Shown here: piece by piece, positions 27,717 to 36,426 of the stretch
Layout: every line of letters begins with the position of its first letter
Position numbering within the stretch: position 1 is the first letter of the stretch
Source of the DNA: an uncultured Lentimicrobiaceae bacterium
GTDB lineage: Bacteria > Bacteroidota > Bacteroidia > Bacteroidales > DASVHX01
Assembly (NCBI GenBank): GCA_964511085.1
Contig: CAZEDO010000003.1
Coordinates: 3,883 to 67,882 of the forward strand
Reading direction: 5' to 3'
Length of the DNA stretch: 64,000 nt
Made by a program: the position numbers and the translations under genes
The notes under the pieces: model-generated
What the model was told of the DNA's origin: nothing
Seen by the model: the letters and a program-made list of their open reading frames with translations, nothing else
The model's database searches: none

Positions 27717-27950
27717 CTACTCAGTAATTGAAGCTACCCGGCGTGTGTGGTAAAACTTATACACTCCAAATAGCAAAGCCAATAACAAGAGCATGCTTAA
27801 ACCGCCTTCAATGGGAGCACCGCCGCCAATGGGTCCTCCGGTAACAGCTCCACCACCTGATTGAATTCCAGGACCTGGCTGCGCCTGTGCCATAATGCAT
27901 GCCAATACGAATAATGAACAGAGGGCTATAATTTTAGATGTCTTTTTCAT
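27717..27950 (-). CDS. Gly/Pro-rich miniprotein: signal peptide plus tripartite sorting-signal-like C-terminus
   Basis: 77 aa. Composed of MKKTSKIIALCSLFVLACIMAQAQ (signal peptide), a 25-aa G/P-rich linker and a GGGAPIEGGL motif. These are followed by the TM helix SMLLLLALLFGVY and the basic tail KFYHTRR. It starts 15 nt after the stop of 27966..31481. Paralog of 31710..31946. Confidence 0.7.
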   Translation of the reverse strand: MKKTSKIIALCSLFVLACIMAQAQPGPGIQSGGGAVTGGPIGGGAPIEGGLSMLLLLALLFGVYKFYHTRRVASITE

Positions 27951-27965
27951 GATTTTAAATATTTA

Positions 27966-30900
27966 TTAGTTTACGAATACTTTTCCTGTGGCAATACCCT
28001 TTATAGTAATCACTTTCACAAGCAGGCAGCCAGTGTAGTTCACCATATCCGTTTTTTCAATCTGGTTGCCGGTCATCCGGGTACTACTCAAAAGGCGGCC
28101 GGTGATATCATACACTTCGATTGTGCCTTGCAGGCCATTAGGGTTTCTCACATACAGTATATGCATATTGCTGTAAATACTAAACATACCGGTGTCTGTT
28201 TCGCCAATACCACTGGTATTTTTGAAATGAAGGTTAAAGCGGTGCTCGGTATCGGCGGGAGCTGCGCTGAAACTGTACACAGGATTCTGCCGGAGATCCT
28301 GAGTTGTACTGGTTTTTACGTCTTCAAGCAGAAGTGGGGTGGCAGTATTAAAATTCTCAATACCTGATACCGTAAGGGTGTAAGTAGTTTCAGCACCAGC
28401 TTTGAAACCCAGGGAAACATCTGAATTAGCCTCCATTGAAGGCAGCGAATTTACTGTAAGAATGTTATCGGCAATGATAGAATACAACTGAGGTGCTTCT
28501 GTTATTCCAAAAAGCTTATAGGCATCGTAATCGCTATCGAAGCCTACAGTTGAAGATTGATTGAACGCTACAACAGCCTTATCTTCATATCCATTCCCAG
28601 TCACTTTTAGGAACATCAGATTATCGGAGGTTTCAGCTTTTTTATAAAACGAACTGCTGTGTACGCGCGAAGCCTGAGGAACCAGGAGTTCTGCATTCGC
28701 TGCATTTGCTTTTACAAAGAAACCCTGCATGGCTGGTACTACATTGTCTGTTAATGTACCATATCCTGATGGAGTTGTGGGGCCACATACATATTGATTG
28801 CCATCCCAAACATAAACATATCCATCAAGATTTGTCTTTGTCCAGATGCCCAGATCAAGATCTACGGCCGAAGGGAAAGGATTGCCTATAAAATGCCAGC
28901 CAGGGCCGTAACCAGGCGCGCCGGTTGTGTAACTGAGACTTGAATATGTTTGATCGCCACTGTTAATTGTGCCTGTAAAATCAAGAATATGAGACCCTGA
29001 TGGGAATTTAACAGAATAACCCGTTTTTGGGTTTAATGTATTTACATCAACCAGGCGGTTCCATGCACCAGTGTTTTCGATATACTCATCAACATAAGCA
29101 CCATCAAAAAGTGGAGAAGCCATGAAACTATTGCTGGTTGGCAGGCAGAAAAGATGCCAGGTATTGGGACCTGCTGTAAAGTTACGCTCAACTGTAACAT
29201 CGCCGCTAACAGTGCCACCGGTGATCAAGGAAGCACCTGATGCAACCTTAAATGCACCTGATGTTATCGTGAGATTAAACAATGTTGCCTGGCTGCTGAG
29301 GGTAATCCCGGCTGTGTTGTTGATTATTAGTGAACCTAAAGCACCAAAATCCATAAACCCGGTTCCACTGATAGTTTGTGCTATGGAACCATTTAGGGTG
29401 AGGTTTGTTGTTTTAGTCGCTTTACCGAATGTAAGTATCGCCGGAGTATTAACAATAATATTTCCCTTAATTGTCATCGGCGCTGTGAAATCCCAGTTTA
29501 CTGTTCCACTTGTAACTGTATAATTATCACAAGTAAAAGGGCTACTCCCTTGATTATTCTGAGTTGTGAGTGGAGAATCGTTTTCAAAGTTAGCATAAGT
29601 CCTTCCACTATACGAAGGTCCACCTGATGCAGCTGTGAATTTGTATAAACTGCCGGTTTCAAATGTCAAAACTGAATTAGGTTGACCCGCACCAAAAGGA
29701 TTACTTCCTGCATCCTGTATATACGTTGAGCCCGATTGGAATTTTACCGAATTCAAACTTGTTGTTCCAAATACACTTCCGGTAAAACCTGTTGTAGCTT
29801 TGAAAATACTACCACTGGCAAAAACCAGGCTGTTTGCATCTGCCGATTTTACCACATGAGCTGCTCCGCTTACCGTCATCGAGCTACTAATTAGCCCATT
29901 TGTTCCTGCATTTAACGACAACGATAATGCAAAGGTACCGGATATATTCAATTCCGAACTACTTCCGCTCACAGTCAGATCATCTCCTGCGGTTCCGGCA
30001 ATAGTTATTATTGTAGCAGCTGGTGCCTGTAAAGTTATCTTTGAACCACCGGAAACCAGCAATTGGGCAATTGTTTGAGTTGTTACATTGGTAATAGTAT
30101 AAGTTCCGCCATTGTCGAAACGAAGAATGTCATTTATGGCAGGTGCTGAACGGGCTGGATTCCAGTTTCCTGCTACCTGCCAGTCATTGCTTGTAGATCC
30201 GGTCCATGCATAAGTAGCTGGTGGGCCAAGCACATAACCACTACAAGTCACATTTGCAGGGGTACTGGCTCCTCCGCCTGCATTTCCGACATTTTCTAAA
30301 TTATAATTTCCAGTTGGCAAGCCTAACTTCAGCCTGACGTATATTGTGGTTGAACTTAATGTTGCACCCGAATAAGGAACATTGACAAAACTGTAAAAAT
30401 CAGAATTATTAAGAGATACTTCATAATTTGTACTACCAGTTACCGTAACGGTGCTGCCATCCAGATTAACTCCGCTTATGGAATAAGGCTGCGAAGGTGA
30501 AGACAAGGAACCAAAAACGTAATTAAAATTACTCAGAGATGATGGAGTTACACTTATTGTTGGAGTTAATACCGGAGATACTACAACTGTAAAGTTATCA
30601 TACATTCCTTTATTACTTGAACCAGCGCCATTGCTGTGATTCCATAAAAATCCGCAACTTGTCATGGCAGTTGATGTATAATTGCTATTTAAAGTACTAG
30701 TGCCTACTTGTGTTAAAGTGCCTGTTGCCGGGTCGGTTGGATCAGTAGTGCTTCCATCATCTCTCACATAAAGTTCCCAGATATTAGATGAAGGCGTATA
30801 TAGAACCTTAATACTGGCATATCTTGTCATTGTACCCAGGTCAGGAGATGGACCAATGATTGTAGTTACATTGGAATTTAAAACCAAGCCATTTGCAAAC

Positions 30901-31481
30901 CTTACAAGTTTTAGAGCATTATTTGTAGTTCCTTTTACCAAAACTACTGCATATCCGTTAGTTGATGTATTTGTGGGATTTGCACTTGATATGGCAAGAA
31001 TAACAGCAGAACCATAATTTCCAGCATCAAAACCTGACAGAGCTGTACTCCTGTTTGTTTTCATATTAAACGTCCAGGTGACAGGACCAGGATTTGCATT
31101 AAGTGTAGTTGAAAACGGAGATGAAAATGTTGATAATGGTCCGGTAATATATGTTCTACCTGCAGCTGGAGTGGCACCAGGATACATCTGAACTACATAA
31201 TTTGCAGGGTCAACTGTAGCAGCATTAGTAATTGATATTCCTGCAGGACTGGCTGTACTGGCTGTTGTCCAGGTCATGGTTGGAGTTCCTCCATTAGTCA
31301 AAGGAGATACCCCAAGATCCCGGTTAAAGTTATCGGCAAACACAGTTGTTGGCTGGCTCCAACCTTTGATTGAAACCATTAAAACCACAAGCACAAAGAG
31401 TGCCGGGAATCGAAAGAGATTTTGTTTAGCCGCACTCAGGTTTCTCTTTGGCGCAGGCCTTGTTGTGTAAAGGTTTGTCAT
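27966..31481 (-). CDS. Giant T9SS cargo, adhesin-like (extended signal peptide, LamG-like N-domain, beta-helix-like repeat region, type-A T9SS CTD)
   Basis: 1171 aa. MTNLYTTRPA leader before the hydrophobic core. The C-terminus IEVYDITGRLL...LLVKVITIKGIATGKVFVN fits the T9SS type-A sorting domain. Paralog of 32054..36142. Confidence 0.85.
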   Translation of the reverse strand: MTNLYTTRPAPKRNLSAAKQNLFRFPALFVLVVLMVSIKGWSQPTTVFADNFNRDLGVSPLTNGGTPTMTWTTASTASPAGISITNAATVDPANYVVQMYPGATPAAGRTYITGPLSTFSSPFSTTLNANPGPVTWTFNMKTNRSTALSGFDAGNYGSAVILAISSANPTNTSTNGYAVVLVKGTTNNALKLVRFANGLVLNSNVTTIIGPSPDLGTMTRYASIKVLYTPSSNIWELYVRDDGSTTDPTDPATGTLTQVGTSTLNSNYTSTAMTSCGFLWNHSNGAGSSNKGMYDNFTVVVSPVLTPTISVTPSSLSNFNYVFGSLSSPSQPYSISGVNLDGSTVTVTGSTNYEVSLNNSDFYSFVNVPYSGATLSSTTIYVRLKLGLPTGNYNLENVGNAGGGASTPANVTCSGYVLGPPATYAWTGSTSNDWQVAGNWNPARSAPAINDILRFDNGGTYTITNVTTQTIAQLLVSGGSKITLQAPAATIITIAGTAGDDLTVSGSSSELNISGTFALSLSLNAGTNGLISSSMTVSGAAHVVKSADANSLVFASGSIFKATTGFTGSVFGTTSLNSVKFQSGSTYIQDAGSNPFGAGQPNSVLTFETGSLYKFTAASGGPSYSGRTYANFENDSPLTTQNNQGSSPFTCDNYTVTSGTVNWDFTAPMTIKGNIIVNTPAILTFGKATKTTNLTLNGSIAQTISGTGFMDFGALGSLIINNTAGITLSSQATLFNLTITSGAFKVASGASLITGGTVSGDVTVERNFTAGPNTWHLFCLPTSNSFMASPLFDGAYVDEYIENTGAWNRLVDVNTLNPKTGYSVKFPSGSHILDFTGTINSGDQTYSSLSYTTGAPGYGPGWHFIGNPFPSAVDLDLGIWTKTNLDGYVYVWDGNQYVCGPTTPSGYGTLTDNVVPAMQGFFVKANAANAELLVPQASRVHSSSFYKKAETSDNLMFLKVTGNGYEDKAVVAFNQSSTVGFDSDYDAYKLFGITEAPQLYSIIADNILTVNSLPSMEANSDVSLGFKAGAETTYTLTVSGIENFNTATPLLLEDVKTSTTQDLRQNPVYSFSAAPADTEHRFNLHFKNTSGIGETDTGMFSIYSNMHILYVRNPNGLQGTIEVYDITGRLLSSTRMTGNQIEKTDMVNYTGCLLVKVITIKGIATGKVFVN

Positions 31482-31544
31482 AGGTTCTGGTTTTTAATAT
31501 TTGCTTTATGTGAATATTTTCTTGATTTGACTTTTATAGCAGGG

Positions 31545-31612
31545 TAAAAATATAAACAAGTAATAGCAAAGAGGTTTCGAAATAGCTCAAATAGGTTTCC
31601 ACATTGTTCAAA
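31545..31612 (-). promoter_or_regulatory. Promoter/operator module C (GAAACC-N15-GAAACC-N20-TATTTTTA)
   Basis: Proximal repeat at 31573-31578, distal at 31594-31599. Box at 31545-31552 and ATTGTTCAAA half-palindrome at 31603-31612. Coordinates +/-2 nt. Confidence 0.65.
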
Positions 31613-31634
31613 CAACCTTAAATGATCAGCAAGC

Positions 31635-31674
31635 AAAAAAAGCATTTACCAGTATTACGCACTGGTAAATGCTT
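31635..31674 (-). terminator. Rho-independent terminator after miniprotein gene 31710..31946
   Basis: 14-bp stem AAGCATTTACCAGT / ACTGGTAAATGCTT with a 7-nt loop, followed by a T7 run on the minus strand. Confidence 0.8.
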
Positions 31675-31709
31675 CTTAATGAAATTATTAACAGACTTTT
31701 GATCTTTAG

Positions 31710-31946
31710 CTATACAATAGCTAAAGAAACTGTGCGCATTTGGTACAATTTTCTTAAGCCATAAGCTGCTCCCATTGCTACCATTATGACTAATCCACTA
31801 CCAATTGGAGCCCCACCGCCAACAGGGCCGTTACCGGCACCAGGAGTAGCACCACCGTTAGGATGAGGAGGAGACTGAGCAAGCATCAGTAAAGGCGCTG
31901 TAACTAAAAAAGCTGAGATAAGTAATATTCTGAAATTCCTTTTCAT
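31710..31946 (-). CDS. Gly/Pro-rich miniprotein, paralog of 27717..27950
   Basis: 78 aa. Composed of the signal peptide MKRNFRILLISAFLVTAPLLMLAQ, a G/P-rich linker and a GGGAPIGSGL motif. These are followed by the TM helix VIMVAMGAAYGL and the basic tail RKLYQMR. Confidence 0.7.
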   Translation of the reverse strand: MKRNFRILLISAFLVTAPLLMLAQSPPHPNGGATPGAGNGPVGGGAPIGSGLVIMVAMGAAYGLRKLYQMRTVSLAIV

Positions 31947-32053
31947 ATCTTTTTGTTTTAAATTCTGTTATTTATTTAAGTTCCAGGAGACGATTGCCGG
32001 GGGTGTCTCGATGAACATATCCAAAGTGTCACCCTGAGCGTAGTCGAAGGGTT

Positions 32054-35000
32054 TTATTGTACAAACACCTTCTTAACCATTGTACTCTGGTTCGTGATCA
32101 CTTTAACAATATAGTTTCCTCCATTTACAAGGCTTATTTTGCTGCTGCCCTGTGCTTCAGGTAATGAAGCTACAAGCTGGCCAGCCACCGTGTAAACAGA
32201 GATATCACCTTTTTTATTATCCTTCAGGTCAACATATACTATCCGGGAGTTGCTATAGATGTTAGCTAATGAGTTTTCAAGATCGTTAACTCCTAACGCG
32301 CTGAAATGCAGGATAAAACGTTGTTCGTTTTCACCTGGAACAAAGTTGAAAGAGTATGCGCTTTTAGAAAGCTCGGTAAAAACGCCTGTTTTAGTGTCTT
32401 CCAGCGTTACATACTGCAGATCGTTGATTTCGGTGGCTGCAATGGTGTAAATACCTTCAGTACCAACTCTCATTCCAACGGGAACAAAGCTCGTTTCAGC
32501 TAATGAATTGATGGCTAAAATCTCACTGCCAACAGTATAAAGTTGGGCAGCTTCAGCAACATCTCCAAAAAGCTTATATGCATCATAGTCACCATCAAAT
32601 GCTGCTGTGGCTTCCGGTGTAAACCTTACAACGGCTTCATCATTATATCCGTTACCGGATACCTGAAGTCTTACCATGTTACTCACAGCATTTTTAAAGA
32701 AAGCAGTTGCATTATGTACACGAACATTATTGTCCATCGCCAGTGTCCCTGTAGTAGAACCATCATCTTTCACATTTACAAAGAATCCCTGACAAGGAGC
32801 GATAAATTTGGTGCCCCCATTTAAGCCAACTCCTGAAACATATGTTGCCCAGCCGGCATTTGGATCAATTTCGCTATATGCAACATGTCGGTATGTAGCT
32901 TCATTCACATTAGTTTTTGTCCAACCCGAAACCGCATCCCAGTCAATTGATGAAGGGTAAGGGTTGCCTACAAGATTCCAGCCAGAACCACTACCAGCAT
33001 AAGAACGTGTCAGTGCAATGGATTTGGTGCCAGTATTGAGAGTTCCTGTAAATTGAGCTGTGTATCCTGCACCATCATATAATGCAAATCCTCTCAAAGG
33101 TGTAAGCGGAGTGCCACTATTTAATACGTCAGTGTAAAGATTTGTTAATTCTGAATGTTTTTGCAGATATTTGTCTAGGAACATAGCCGAATACGCATTA
33201 GAAACGGGTGCAGAAATCAAATGCCATTCACCTCCGACTATGGAACGCTCAACTGTAACATTGCCGCTAACAGTGCTATTGGTGATGAGAGATGCGCCCG
33301 AAGCAAATGTAACAGTGCCCGAACCAAAGTTTAGGCTATTGTTAGCTGTAACATTCTGCAAAGCGCCAAATGTAACTGTTCCGCCACTTATTGAATGCGC
33401 AGAGGCAGCATCTAAAATAATTGTTCCAACTGTAGATGGACTTAAACTGAGTGTTGCTCCAGATGCAACTATTATATCTTTCTTAATAGTAAATGCCGCA
33501 GCCACGCCAATTCCCCATGAACCTGCAGTGACAGTTAGGTTGTCCATCGTCAAAGGGCTTGAAGAAGTATAATTCGCACCTGTAGCCTGGTCTAACTCAA
33601 AGTTTGCATATGTCCGATTACCCAGACTTGGACTACTGATGGATTTGTGAACATATGTACTTCCAGGCTGCCACACTACGATAGAAGAAGGTGCAGTTAA
33701 AGCAAATGGATTTGAACCTCCATAAAAAATATATTTGGAACCGTTAGCAAACACAACAGAATTTGCACTGGCAGTAGCTGTTCCAAAAGCATTCCCGCTA
33801 AAGCTCGCACCTGCAGTAAAAGTTGCGCCATTCTGAAAAGTGATTGTACTTGCGTCTATTGCAGTCATCCTGTGGGCCGCTGTATTAAAATACATGGATC
33901 CGCCAACTGTACCTGTTGTTCCTGTGGCGAGTACAATGCTAATTACATTAGTGGCTTGTGTTAAGCTAAGTGCCGAACCACTTGAAATGTCTATATCCAC
34001 ACCCGCTTCTCCGCGTATATTCAAAGTAATAGAAGTAGATGACTGTAACTCAACACTGGTGTTATTAGATATTAACAACTGCGAAATCGTTTGACCAGGC
34101 ACACTCGTAACTACAATACTTCCGCCACCGTTGAACTGCAGAATATCGCTGATTTCAGGAGTAGTGCGGGTTGGTGTCCAGTTACTTGCAGTTGCCCACG
34201 ATGCTGTGCCTGTTTGATTCCAGGTATAAGTAACCGCCGGTGGGATCAATGTTGTTGCAGATATAGTTGGTGCACTTGAAGTAAAGTAATTATATGTTCC
34301 GGCATTAATACCGTCGGAATTAACCGACATAATTTTAAAGCTATAGATAGTACCTGATGACAGACCTGATATAGTCAGATTTGTTGTAGCACCCGAAGTA
34401 ACATAGGCAGCAACAGCTCCTAGTCCAAGAGTAGTGCCTATAGGGTACACGGTGGCATCTGCAGGAACACCTGAAGGAGCTGCTGAGCTTTGTCTTTGTA
34501 AAACAAAAAAGCCATCTGCTCCACCCACAGGTGAAGTCCAGGCAAGATCGATAGTCGAATTGGATGTTGCTGTTGCAGTAAAAGCGGTGACCTGACTTGT
34601 TGGCTCGTTTGCTAGTGTAAAGAAATTTCCTTCAGAGGTAAGCGTTGTATTTATTATATTGGTTGCATAGGCTTTATAATAAATATGAGTTTTTGCAGGT
34701 AGGAGTGTACGGCTTTGCGTGAAAATTCCGGTGGCAGTGCCCCCTTCTGCCAGTTTATTGTCGGAAATAGATACACCGCTTGAAGTACCCCATACCGTGC
34801 CTCTTTCAGTAAGTACACTTCCACCATCTGATGTAATATTTCCCCCTAAAAGGGCGGTATTATTCGTTATTGTAGTTGCCGTAGGCGAGGAAATCAGCGG
34901 CGCAGTTGCACTTCCTGTTGTTGTTACTGTGACGAGAACAGGCGAAGCCTGTAAATTACTTCCCGAAGCATCCTGGGCAACAAAATAAACATCGTAAGCT

Positions 35001-36142
35001 GTTGAGCTTGCCAGAGAACCACCGGCTGCTGCAGAATATTCAGTGCTTCCTGCCGCACAGGCAATTGAGCCACTTGCAATTGCTGCTGATCCGCCAGCAT
35101 TTTGCCCTGCTTTAACCTGAGCAGAAGAAGGTGCTGTTGAGCCATTTGCTACCACAACGAAGTAAGATGTTCCGGCAACATTTGCATTTACTTTGGCTGT
35201 AAAACCAGTTGGTGTTGGGTTTTCAGCTTTTGGCCAACCCGATGTCCAGGTAACAGGAACATTTACCTGTACCTTGAAATTATCAAACATAGCCTTGTTA
35301 CTGGCACTAGCCGCTGTACTATGATTGTAGAAGAAACCAAAGTTTGTATAGGATGCTGAACTTGTGTAAGTAGAATTAACAACACTCCCGCCTACCTGCG
35401 TAAGGGTACCAGATAAAGGATCTACAGATGCTACTGTTAAATCGTCCCTGTAATAAAATTGCCATGTATCTGTTGAGGGTGTAAAAACAACTTTCACGCT
35501 AGCATGTGATTGGTAAGTGGCAAGATCAGGTGAGGGTCCGATAATTGTTGTAGTATTAGCATTCGCTGTGAGACCGTTTGCGAAACTTACCAATTTAACT
35601 TGGTTTGTGGCACCTGCATTTTTTGATAAAACCACAGCATAACCACTTGCACCAGCGTTGGTAGGATCAGCATTATTTGTGGCGAGGATTATAGCAGAAC
35701 CATATTGACCAGCATCTAAGCCTGTTGAAGAAGAATTTCTCTGGAGCCTAATATTAAATGACCAGGTAACAACACCCGGATTGTTGTGAAGTGTTGTTGA
35801 GTTATATGGGTAACTATAAGCGGATGATAAACCCATAAAATACTCTCTGCCGTTAGCTGGAGTAGCAGACGCATATTGCTGGAGCACGTTAGTAGCTATT
35901 GCAGTAATACCAGCCGGACTTGTTGTACTGCCAACGCTATATGTCATTGTTGGCGTGCCACCAGAAGTCAGACTTGTGTGGCTGCTGCCAAAATCATCCG
36001 CAAAAACTGTAGATTGTCCCCATCCCTTCCCAGCAATCAAAAATAACATCAGCACAAAAAGTGCCGGCAGGCAAAAAAGGTTTCGTGCAGCCGTGCTCAG
36101 GTTTTTCCATAGCGCAGGCCTTGTTGTGTAAAGGTTTGTCAT
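32054..36142 (-). CDS. Giant T9SS cargo, adhesin-like, paralog of 27966..31481 with about 330 extra aa of Ig/FN3-like modules
   Basis: 1362 aa. The first 10 codons are identical to the paralog (MTNLYTTRPA). C-terminal T9SS type-A CTD (DISVYTVAGQLV...YIVKVITNQSTMVKKVFVQ). Confidence 0.85.
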   Translation of the reverse strand: MTNLYTTRPALWKNLSTAARNLFCLPALFVLMLFLIAGKGWGQSTVFADDFGSSHTSLTSGGTPTMTYSVGSTTSPAGITAIATNVLQQYASATPANGREYFMGLSSAYSYPYNSTTLHNNPGVVTWSFNIRLQRNSSSTGLDAGQYGSAIILATNNADPTNAGASGYAVVLSKNAGATNQVKLVSFANGLTANANTTTIIGPSPDLATYQSHASVKVVFTPSTDTWQFYYRDDLTVASVDPLSGTLTQVGGSVVNSTYTSSASYTNFGFFYNHSTAASASNKAMFDNFKVQVNVPVTWTSGWPKAENPTPTGFTAKVNANVAGTSYFVVVANGSTAPSSAQVKAGQNAGGSAAIASGSIACAAGSTEYSAAAGGSLASSTAYDVYFVAQDASGSNLQASPVLVTVTTTGSATAPLISSPTATTITNNTALLGGNITSDGGSVLTERGTVWGTSSGVSISDNKLAEGGTATGIFTQSRTLLPAKTHIYYKAYATNIINTTLTSEGNFFTLANEPTSQVTAFTATATSNSTIDLAWTSPVGGADGFFVLQRQSSAAPSGVPADATVYPIGTTLGLGAVAAYVTSGATTNLTISGLSSGTIYSFKIMSVNSDGINAGTYNYFTSSAPTISATTLIPPAVTYTWNQTGTASWATASNWTPTRTTPEISDILQFNGGGSIVVTSVPGQTISQLLISNNTSVELQSSTSITLNIRGEAGVDIDISSGSALSLTQATNVISIVLATGTTGTVGGSMYFNTAAHRMTAIDASTITFQNGATFTAGASFSGNAFGTATASANSVVFANGSKYIFYGGSNPFALTAPSSIVVWQPGSTYVHKSISSPSLGNRTYANFELDQATGANYTSSSPLTMDNLTVTAGSWGIGVAAAFTIKKDIIVASGATLSLSPSTVGTIILDAASAHSISGGTVTFGALQNVTANNSLNFGSGTVTFASGASLITNSTVSGNVTVERSIVGGEWHLISAPVSNAYSAMFLDKYLQKHSELTNLYTDVLNSGTPLTPLRGFALYDGAGYTAQFTGTLNTGTKSIALTRSYAGSGSGWNLVGNPYPSSIDWDAVSGWTKTNVNEATYRHVAYSEIDPNAGWATYVSGVGLNGGTKFIAPCQGFFVNVKDDGSTTGTLAMDNNVRVHNATAFFKNAVSNMVRLQVSGNGYNDEAVVRFTPEATAAFDGDYDAYKLFGDVAEAAQLYTVGSEILAINSLAETSFVPVGMRVGTEGIYTIAATEINDLQYVTLEDTKTGVFTELSKSAYSFNFVPGENEQRFILHFSALGVNDLENSLANIYSNSRIVYVDLKDNKKGDISVYTVAGQLVASLPEAQGSSKISLVNGGNYIVKVITNQSTMVKKVFVQ

Positions 36143-36203
36143 AAGATTTGTTTTAATATTTGGTTTATTTGGTTGCTGGTATATACAAACTTAATTTGCA
36201 GGG

Positions 36204-36271
36204 TAAATATATGAACAAGCAAAAGGGAAGGGGTTTCAGAATAGCTTTAATGGGTTTCTGTAATGTTCAAG
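36204..36271 (-). promoter_or_regulatory. Promoter/operator module D (GAAACC-N15-GAAACC-N20-TATATTTA)
   Basis: Proximal repeat at 36232-36237, distal at 36253-36258. Box at 36204-36211 and a degenerate palindrome AATGTTCAAG at 36262-36271. Confidence 0.65.
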
Positions 36272-36359
36272 TATTCCGTAAATATTCCGGATAAACCCCG
36301 CACTAATGGACACCTATTATACTAAGCAACTGTAACTTACAATGTACTGCATGCGGATA

Positions 36360-36398
36360 GAAACCTTAGAGTAACCATGGAGAAACCTCAGAGAAACC
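36360..36398 (+). repeat. Three GAAACCT copies in the opposite orientation to promoter module D
   Basis: GAAACC at 36360-36365, 36382-36387 and 36393-36398, giving spacings of 22 and 11 nt. Confidence 0.6.
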
Positions 36399-36426
36399 TC
36401 GAAAGTATATATATTACTGCCGGAAT

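Larger units (their letters stand above)
27601..36271 (-). repeat. Tandem duplication of a promoter / giant-gene / miniprotein / terminator cassette
   Basis: Two consecutive units (27601-31612 and 31635-36271) have the same element order. They share the promoter module, a 32-nt identical 5' end, paralogous proteins and terminators with the same arm sequence. Confidence 0.75.
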
